Below are positions 15,969 through 24,000 of a DNA stretch of 24,000 nt, one piece after another; within the stretch, counting starts at the first letter, position 1; the number at the start of each line of letters is the position of its first letter. The translations under genes and the position numbers were made by a program. Location of the stretch: assembly GCA_002084425.1 (NCBI GenBank), contig NBLN01000005.1, positions 101,360 through 125,359 on the forward strand, written 5' to 3'. The DNA is from Desulfobacteraceae bacterium 4572_130 (GTDB lineage: Bacteria; Desulfobacterota; Desulfobacteria; Desulfobacterales; Desulfobacteraceae). A model generated the notes under the pieces. The model worked only from the letters and a program-made list of their open reading frames with translations, was not told where the DNA came from and made no database searches.

Positions 15969-17234
15969 TTATTTTAGATGCTCTAGGATTTCTTTTACAG
16001 TATTTTCCCTGGAGATTGTTATTTGTTCCTTAGTATTCATATTTCGTAAAATAAAACCGTTTGTTTCAAGATTTTTATGTCCAATAATAAGAACATATGT
16101 TGCATTAAGTTTATCTGCTTTTTTCATAAGACTTTTAAGACTTTTTTTATCAAAATTAATTTCTGTTTTTATTTTTTGAAGATTTAATTCAACACTTAAA
16201 AAATATCCTGTTTCTAATGATTTTTTTCCAATACTAATAATAAAAATATCAGGTCCTTGAATTTTTGTTGTCTGGCCTAGTGCTCCCATTTCAGCTAATA
16301 TCTCAGCCAACCTATCAAATCCAATTGCAAATCCAATTGCTGGTATTTCAGGACCTCCAAGTTCTTTTATAAGTGCGTCATATCTACCTCCCCCGGCAAC
16401 TGCACTTTGTGCTCCAAGTAAATTTGTATGAATTTCAAAGGCTGTTCTTGAATAATAATCAAGTCCACGAACAAGATTTTTATCTACAATATAATTAATA
16501 TTCTGCTTATCAAGTGTTTCCTTTACAGTATTAAAATGATTAGAACATTCATCACAAAGAAGATTTAAAATGGAGGGTGCATCATATAAAGCTTTTTTAC
16601 AGGAAAGTGCTTTACAATCAAGAGTTCTTAGAGGATTTTCCTGCATTCGTGTTTTGCAATTACTACAAAGCATATCTTTTTTTGATCCCAGAAATTTTTT
16701 TAAAACTTTCTGAAACACAGGTCTGCAATCAAAACAACCAAGGGAATTTATATGAGCATTTAGCTCCCTGATACCCAATCTTTTAAAAAATTCATTTAAC
16801 ATCAAAATAAGTTGTGCATCAATATATGGAGATGATATGCCAAATACTTCAGCATTTATCTGATAAAATTGACGGAATCTTCCTTTTTGTGGTCGTTCTC
16901 TTCTAAACATAGGACCAATTGTATAAAGTTTTTTTATAGGATTTACAGCATACATTTTATACTGAATATATGATCTTACTATGGATGCTGTTGCTTCGGG
17001 TCTTAGGGTAAGTTTGTCCCCTTTTCTGTCTTCAAAAGTATACATTTCCTTTTCAACAATATCAGTTGTTTGACCAATACTTCTTACAAAAAGATCACTT
17101 TTTTCAATAATGGGAATACGTATTTCTTTAAATCCAAAATCTTTAAAAAGCTCAGAAGCTATTTTTTCAATTTTCTGCCATAGTTTAGTATCTTCCGGCA
17201 AAATATCTCTAAATCCTCTAATATTTTGTATCAT
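15969..17234 (-). CDS. hisS: Histidine--tRNA ligase
   Basis: 421 aa. MIQNIRGFRDILPED, LRPEATASIVR, FRRERPQKGRFRQFYQ and GGGRYD are all typical HisRS blocks. Sits directly upstream of aspS. Confidence 0.95.
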   Translation of the reverse strand: MIQNIRGFRDILPEDTKLWQKIEKIASELFKDFGFKEIRIPIIEKSDLFVRSIGQTTDIVEKEMYTFEDRKGDKLTLRPEATASIVRSYIQYKMYAVNPIKKLYTIGPMFRRERPQKGRFRQFYQINAEVFGISSPYIDAQLILMLNEFFKRLGIRELNAHINSLGCFDCRPVFQKVLKKFLGSKKDMLCSNCKTRMQENPLRTLDCKALSCKKALYDAPSILNLLCDECSNHFNTVKETLDKQNINYIVDKNLVRGLDYYSRTAFEIHTNLLGAQSAVAGGGRYDALIKELGGPEIPAIGFAIGFDRLAEILAEMGALGQTTKIQGPDIFIISIGKKSLETGYFLSVELNLQKIKTEINFDKKSLKSLMKKADKLNATYVLIIGHKNLETNGFILRNMNTKEQITISRENTVKEILEHLK

Positions 17235-17534
17235 TTTTACCTTTATTCTAGAATTTAATAAAAACTATTTTTAACATATCCTAATTTCTATAAATTTATT
17301 ATCTATCCAAATAAAATTAATGGTATTATAAAAAATAGTATATTAGTCAATTGTCACGGCAGTCACAATGGACAACACACATAAAAAATTTACATGGGTT
17401 GCCTATGATTACTAATAAACTTTTAGTTTTATATAAAAAAACTTATAATTGCTTAATATTCTTTATGGCAGTTAGTTAAAAAAATTAGAATCTCCATTTT
17501 TTATTTGCTTATCTATAAAAACCTGCAAAAGAAT

Positions 17535-17551
17535 AGCTCTTTTCAAGAGCT
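17535..17551 (-). terminator. Putative rho-independent terminator of the CoA-transferase/GNAT gene
   Basis: Perfect hairpin AGCTCTT-ttc-AAGAGCT. On the minus strand it is followed by ATTCTTTTGCAGGTTTTTAT. It lies ~85 nt downstream of the stop at 17636. Confidence 0.5.
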
Positions 17552-17635
17552 GAGTATAAGTGCTATTGCTATGTCACGTTTTTATATTATCCAATTTTCT
17601 CCTAATATTATTTTTTTTGATGATGAATTTAGGAT

Positions 17636-19492
17636 TTATGAAAATTTCATTTCAACTTCTGTTTCACTTGAATCACTTCTTGTAAGAGTTAAATTAGGAT
17701 ATTGTTTTTGAAAGACCCTGAGCATTTTTTTATTTTCACTAAGTACAAAGGCAATAAAGGATTTATATCCATTTTCCTTTGCAATTTTTTCTAAAATCTT
17801 AAGAAGATAAGAACCTATCCCCATACCCTGAAGATTTTCTTTTACTAGAAAAGCAACTTCTGCAACATTATCTTTTGCTTCAACATAAGAACCAATTGCT
17901 ATAATTTGTTTATGTTTTCCTTTTTGTATTAAACCTATAATAGTCATATCTTTTTTATAATCAATATCAGCCCATTGCTGTTGAAGCATCGTTTTGGTAA
18001 ATACTTTTTTCTTATTAAAAAACCTGGAATATATTGTTGACTCCTGCAAAGAGTAGAAAAAATTTCTTGATTCAAATTCATCGGAACAAAGCAATGGACG
18101 AAATTCAATATTTTTACCATTTAAACCCTTTTTAAAAAATTTATAATCATCTAAAAATGTAAGATCCTCACATATAGGAGAAAGTTGATCATGAAATATA
18201 TAATGACACTTTTTAGCATCTTGTATTAATTTTTTCCGAAATTTTGGATGTGCAATCTGAACAAGCTCCATCACTCTTTGATATATACTTTTTCTTCCAA
18301 GTTCTGCTATGCCATATTCTGTTACAACAATATCAATATCTCCCCTTGTAGTTGCAACACCTGCTCCTTCACTAAGATGAGTAACTATTCTAGAAACATC
18401 ACCATCTTCTGCAGTTGAAGGAATAACAATAATGGAAAAACCTCCCTTTGACATACTGCTTCCTCTGATAAAATCAACTTGATCTCCTATCCCGCTATAA
18501 AAAAGATAGCCCTTGGAATCTGTACATACTTGGCCTGTAAGATCAACTTCAAGTGCAGAACTTATTGATATAAAATTATCATTTCTTGCTATTATATTAG
18601 GGTTATTAACAAAATCAGAAGCCCTAAAATAAAACATAGGATTATTATTCACATAATCATATAATTCTTTAGAACCCATACATAATGATGTTACAACTCT
18701 CCCGGGAAGATAAGATTTATTTTTATTTGTAATTACATTTTTTTTAAATAAAGGAAGAAAGCCACTGGTAATTACCTGAGTGTGTACCCCAAGATTTCTT
18801 TTATCATGAAGATAGGGAAGAATAGCATCTGGAAGATGTCCAAAACCTATTTGAATAGTTGCGTTATCATCAACTAATTGATTTATGTAATGTCCTATTC
18901 TTTTAATTATTTTTTGATTTTTTTCACTGGGAATAGCTTTTATTAGTTCTTCTTTATAAAAAACAAGATAATCAATTTCATCTATGTGAACAGTGCTATC
19001 ACCCCAAGTCCTCGGCATTTCAGGATTTACCTGGGCAATAACAATTTTTGCATTTTGCATCCCTGAAAGGGTGATATCAACAGAAATTCCAAGACTGCAA
19101 AATCCAAATTTGTCAGGGGGGCTTACCTGAATAAGAGCTACATCAAGCCCTATTTCATTGGATGCAAATATTTCAGGAATTTGAGAAAGATATACTGGAA
19201 TATAATCTATCTTTCCATCAAAAGCTGCTCCTCTTATTGCAGCACTTATGAAAAATAATTTTATGGAAAAGCGGTTAAGAAAATTATCATCATCAATATA
19301 TTTTGAAAAAGTTGATGAAAACATTTGATATACAACAATATCTTGTATGTTTCTGTCCTCTATCATAGCTTTTACTAGCCTTTGCGGCTCACCACAGCCT
19401 GTACCAATAAAAACTCTACTTCCATTTTTTATTTTTTTTACACTGAATTCAGGTGTAAGAAGTTTTTCAGGACAATATTTTTCTATATTCAT
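17636..19492 (-). CDS. Fusion protein: acetyl-CoA hydrolase/transferase-family domain plus a C-terminal Pat-type GNAT acetyltransferase domain
   Basis: 618 aa. The N-terminal ~430 aa resemble 4-hydroxybutyrate/acetyl-CoA transferases (GSRVFIGTGCGEPQRL, QIGFGHLPDAI, SALEVDLTGQV, GIGDQVDF). The C-terminal ~170 aa have RPLLCSDEFESRNFFYSLQESTIYSRFF, ADIDYKKDMTIIGL and the QGMGIGSYLL acetyl-CoA loop. Confidence 0.8.
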   Translation of the reverse strand: MNIEKYCPEKLLTPEFSVKKIKNGSRVFIGTGCGEPQRLVKAMIEDRNIQDIVVYQMFSSTFSKYIDDDNFLNRFSIKLFFISAAIRGAAFDGKIDYIPVYLSQIPEIFASNEIGLDVALIQVSPPDKFGFCSLGISVDITLSGMQNAKIVIAQVNPEMPRTWGDSTVHIDEIDYLVFYKEELIKAIPSEKNQKIIKRIGHYINQLVDDNATIQIGFGHLPDAILPYLHDKRNLGVHTQVITSGFLPLFKKNVITNKNKSYLPGRVVTSLCMGSKELYDYVNNNPMFYFRASDFVNNPNIIARNDNFISISSALEVDLTGQVCTDSKGYLFYSGIGDQVDFIRGSSMSKGGFSIIVIPSTAEDGDVSRIVTHLSEGAGVATTRGDIDIVVTEYGIAELGRKSIYQRVMELVQIAHPKFRKKLIQDAKKCHYIFHDQLSPICEDLTFLDDYKFFKKGLNGKNIEFRPLLCSDEFESRNFFYSLQESTIYSRFFNKKKVFTKTMLQQQWADIDYKKDMTIIGLIQKGKHKQIIAIGSYVEAKDNVAEVAFLVKENLQGMGIGSYLLKILEKIAKENGYKSFIAFVLSENKKMLRVFQKQYPNLTLTRSDSSETEVEMKFS

Positions 19493-19603
19493 AACTAATT
19501 TCCTTTTTTATTATAAAAGAATTCCAGGCAAAATTCAAAGAATGTTTAATAAAATCAAGGTTTAAGTATCATAAATAAGTTATATAAAACAAGATTTATT
19601 CCC

Positions 19604-19633
19604 TTGACATAAATTTAATACATGGTTAATTAT
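19604..19633 (+). promoter_or_regulatory. Possible sigma70-type promoter for the DUF3842-cooT pair
   Basis: Perfect -35 TTGACA (19604-19609). After 17-18 nt the -10 candidates are only poor (TAATTA/AATTAT). Lies ~45 nt upstream of the ATG at 19679. Confidence 0.3.
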
Positions 19634-19678
19634 TCAAAATATTAGAATAAGATTAATAAAAAACATGAGAAAAATAAA

Positions 19679-20110
19679 ATGTTTAAAATATGCGTAATAG
19701 ATGGTCAAGGTGGAGGGATAGGCTCAACAATTATTAAAAAACTTAAGGATAGATTTGGAGAAAGCGTTGAAATAATTGCCCTTGGCACCAATGCCATAGC
19801 TACTGCCCAGATGTTAAAAGCAAAGGCTAACAAAGGAGCTTCTGGAAACAATGCCATTATTCAAACTGTAAAAAAAGTAGATCTTATAATTGGTACAGTT
19901 GGAATAATTATGCCCCATGCAATGATGGGGGAACTTACACCTAAAATGGCTGAAGCTATTTCTCTTTCTCCTTCCCCTAAAATACTTCTTCCTCTTACTC
20001 AGGAAAATATTGAAATTATTGGGTTTTCTTTTACTCCTCTTCCCATGCTTGTTGATGAACTTATTGATATTCATTTGAAAAAATTTAATTATAAACACGA
20101 AAAACACTAA
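19679..20110 (+). CDS. DUF3842 family protein
   Basis: 143 aa. ICVIDGQGGGIGSTIIKKL, IIALGTNAIATAQMLKAKANKGASGNNAI and MMGELTPKMAEAI match the conserved DUF3842 blocks as I recall them. Confidence 0.75.
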   Translation: MFKICVIDGQGGGIGSTIIKKLKDRFGESVEIIALGTNAIATAQMLKAKANKGASGNNAIIQTVKKVDLIIGTVGIIMPHAMMGELTPKMAEAISLSPSPKILLPLTQENIEIIGFSFTPLPMLVDELIDIHLKKFNYKHEKH

Positions 20111-20247
20111 AACACAGAGGAAAATATAAAGACGATTTATAACATAATTTTTATAAAGAATGCATTTGTGAAAAGTCTTATCTTGATTTAATATATAATA
20201 AAATGAGAATTCCTATTCTATCAAATAGATTATAAGGAGTAATAATA

Positions 20248-20448
20248 ATGTGTGAAGCAACGGCATTTCTGCTCAAAGAAAAACTTGAAGAAAAAGAAGA
20301 AAGCCTAATAATGAATAGTGTGGACAAAATTGAACCAGAACAAGGAGGCATACGTCTTGTTAATATCTTTGGTGAACAAAAATTTATCAAGGGATATATT
20401 CATTCTTTATCACTTGTTGATCATAAAATTTTTTTAAAACTTACATAA
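20248..20448 (+). CDS. cooT: CooT-family nickel-binding protein
   Basis: 66 aa. N-terminal MCEA (the Cys2 Ni ligand), IMNSVDKIEPEQGGIRLVNIFGEQK and SLVDHKIFL are typical of CooT-like proteins. AAGGAG SD. Confidence 0.75.
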   Translation: MCEATAFLLKEKLEEKEESLIMNSVDKIEPEQGGIRLVNIFGEQKFIKGYIHSLSLVDHKIFLKLT

Positions 20449-20470
20449 TATTGTTGCAAACTTACTATGG

Positions 20471-20507
20471 AGATGGTGGCAGAAAATGCTATTTCTCCAC
20501 ACCATCT
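20471..20507. terminator. Hairpin between the convergent cooT and proA genes (possible bidirectional terminator)
   Basis: AGATGGTG-gc-AGAAA-atgcta-TTTCT-cca-CACCATCT. The 8-bp outer and 5-bp inner stems are exact complements. No clear T-tract on either side. Confidence 0.35.
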
Positions 20508-20555
20508 TATAGAAATCAAAAACAAATAAAATATATCTTTTATTATTTTTATTCA

Positions 20556-21797
20556 CTATTTTCGCAGGTGACCATTACCATAAACTATCCATTTTTTTGT
20601 TGTAAGTTCCTCAATCCCCATGGGACCTCGCGCATGAATTTTATCTGTTGCAATTCCTATTTCAGAACCAAGCCCATAAACTCCACCATCTGCAAGCCTT
20701 GTTGAAGCATTCACCATAACGGAAGAGCTATCTACTTTTTTTAAAAATTTTTCTGCTAAATTAATATCTTTCGTTATAATTGCATCAGTGTGCATTGACC
20801 CGTATTTATTTATATGAAAAATTGCATCATCAATATTTTTTACAATTTTAACAGATAAAATCAAATCAAGATATTCTGTGTACCAGTCTTCTTCCTTGGC
20901 TTTTTCTATATTTTTATATATTGCACAGGTTTTTTTACATCCTATAATCTTAACTTTTTCTGCTTCTAAATCCTTTAAGCAATTTTTTAAGAAATCTCCA
21001 GCAATTTTTTTATCAACTAGAAGTGTTTCCAAACTATTACAAACACCAGGTCTTTGTACTTTAGCATTTATAATTATTTTTCTTGCCATGTCAAAATCTG
21101 CAAATTCATTTACATAAACATGACAAACTCCTTTATAATGTTTTAAAATAGGTATTCTAGATTTTTTTGCTACATTTCTTATCAATCCTTCTCCCCCCCT
21201 TGGAATAACAAGATCTATAAGTTCATCCATAACAAGCAACTCATCTACTGCTTTTCGGCTTACATTCTCAACACAATAAACAAGATTTTCATCAACATTG
21301 TTTTCTATTAAAGATTGTTTTATGATTTTTTCAAGTGCCATATTAGAATTATAAGCATCGCTTCCACCTTTTAAAATAACACCATTCCCTGCTTTTAAGC
21401 AAAGTGCTGCTGCCTCAACCGTAACATTTGGTCTTGCTTCATAAATAATTAAAATAAGACCAATTGGAGTATTCATTCTGCCAACCTTAAAACCATCTTC
21501 CATTACATTCATATCAGAAATTTTACCAACAGGATCTTTTATTCCAGCAATTTCAAGACATGCCTGGCTCATTGCCAGAATTCCTTTCTTATCTAAGGTA
21601 AGTCTATCTAAAAAAGCATTTGAAAGATTATTTTCATGTCCTTTTTCCAAGTCTTTTTCATTGGCAAGCATCAATTTTTTTTGCTTGTCTATTATTTTTT
21701 TTGCAATTGTTTTTAATATATTATTTTTAACTTTGGTTGTGCCTTGTTCTAAAAATTTGTGATATGCTTGTTTATTTTTTTCAATTGCTTTTTTCAT
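20556..21797 (-). CDS. proA: Glutamate-5-semialdehyde dehydrogenase (gamma-glutamyl phosphate reductase)
   Basis: Blocks PIGLILIIYEARPNVTVEAAALCLKAGNGVILKGG, VCNSLETLLV, HINKYGSMHTDAIIT and NASTRLADGG. I chose the start at ATG 21797 (GGAGGT SD) over the track's GTG at 21809. Confidence 0.92.
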   Translation of the reverse strand: MKKAIEKNKQAYHKFLEQGTTKVKNNILKTIAKKIIDKQKKLMLANEKDLEKGHENNLSNAFLDRLTLDKKGILAMSQACLEIAGIKDPVGKISDMNVMEDGFKVGRMNTPIGLILIIYEARPNVTVEAAALCLKAGNGVILKGGSDAYNSNMALEKIIKQSLIENNVDENLVYCVENVSRKAVDELLVMDELIDLVIPRGGEGLIRNVAKKSRIPILKHYKGVCHVYVNEFADFDMARKIIINAKVQRPGVCNSLETLLVDKKIAGDFLKNCLKDLEAEKVKIIGCKKTCAIYKNIEKAKEEDWYTEYLDLILSVKIVKNIDDAIFHINKYGSMHTDAIITKDINLAEKFLKKVDSSSVMVNASTRLADGGVYGLGSEIGIATDKIHARGPMGIEELTTKKWIVYGNGHLRK

Positions 21798-21902
21798 TTC
21801 TACCTCCACATAAGAACTAATCCTAATTATAAATCATAACCATGAAAAACACCAAAAATATAAAATACTATTTAAAAATCTTATGAAATTTTATCGACTA
21901 AA

Positions 21903-23999
<2,097 letters not shown>

Positions 24000-24000
24000 G

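Noticed and set aside
15940-16179. Antisense or overlapping track ORFs inside housekeeping genes (15940-16179, 16577-16771, 14277-14513, 19814-20107, 20178-20390, 20451-20705, 20878-21117, 22384-22626, 9578-9905, 11680-12090, 12237-12542, 12732-13022)
   Set aside because: Each overlaps a confidently identified gene (hisS, aspS, DUF3842, cooT, proA, ligA, yedE, minC, minD) on the other strand or in another frame, and has no motifs of its own.

Overview
This is a very AT-rich bacterial chromosomal window. The gene content (DUF3786, DUF3842, CooT, YedE/TusA) suggests an anaerobe, but no organism can be assigned from the sequence alone. Most of it is ordinary housekeeping: yedE-tusA, tRNA-His, minCDE, the minus-strand run hisS-aspS-HD hydrolase, a CoA-transferase/GNAT fusion, DUF3842-cooT, proA and ligA.

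Three parts deserve attention.

(1) Positions 1-5469 on the minus strand carry one uninterrupted reading frame. It is missing from the supplied ORF track because it runs off the left edge without a stop. By hand it translates as a hybrid NRPS-PKS (A-PCP-KS-AT-KR...). The small thioesterase ORF upstream of it (5462-6046) looks internally deleted and frameshifted: its missing GGHFY histidine motif reappears as the first residues of the megasynthase.

(2) Positions ~7534-8877 form a patch of higher GC holding two same-strand ORFs for small membrane proteins I cannot place in any family. Each ORF is followed, within 3-6 nt of its stop codon, by a 61-67 bp imperfect palindrome bounded by AAY...GTTA cores. 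That is the architecture of integron gene cassettes with attC sites, yet no integrase lies in the window. A 600-bp stretch of ORF debris follows.

(3) The yedE upstream region has a Shine-Dalgarno-preceded 5-codon mini-ORF, a long-range 9-bp pairing and a terminator-like hairpin, so it may be a cis-regulatory leader.

I saw no CRISPR array, rRNA, transposase or prophage genes. All family assignments come from motifs read by eye; no database search was possible.
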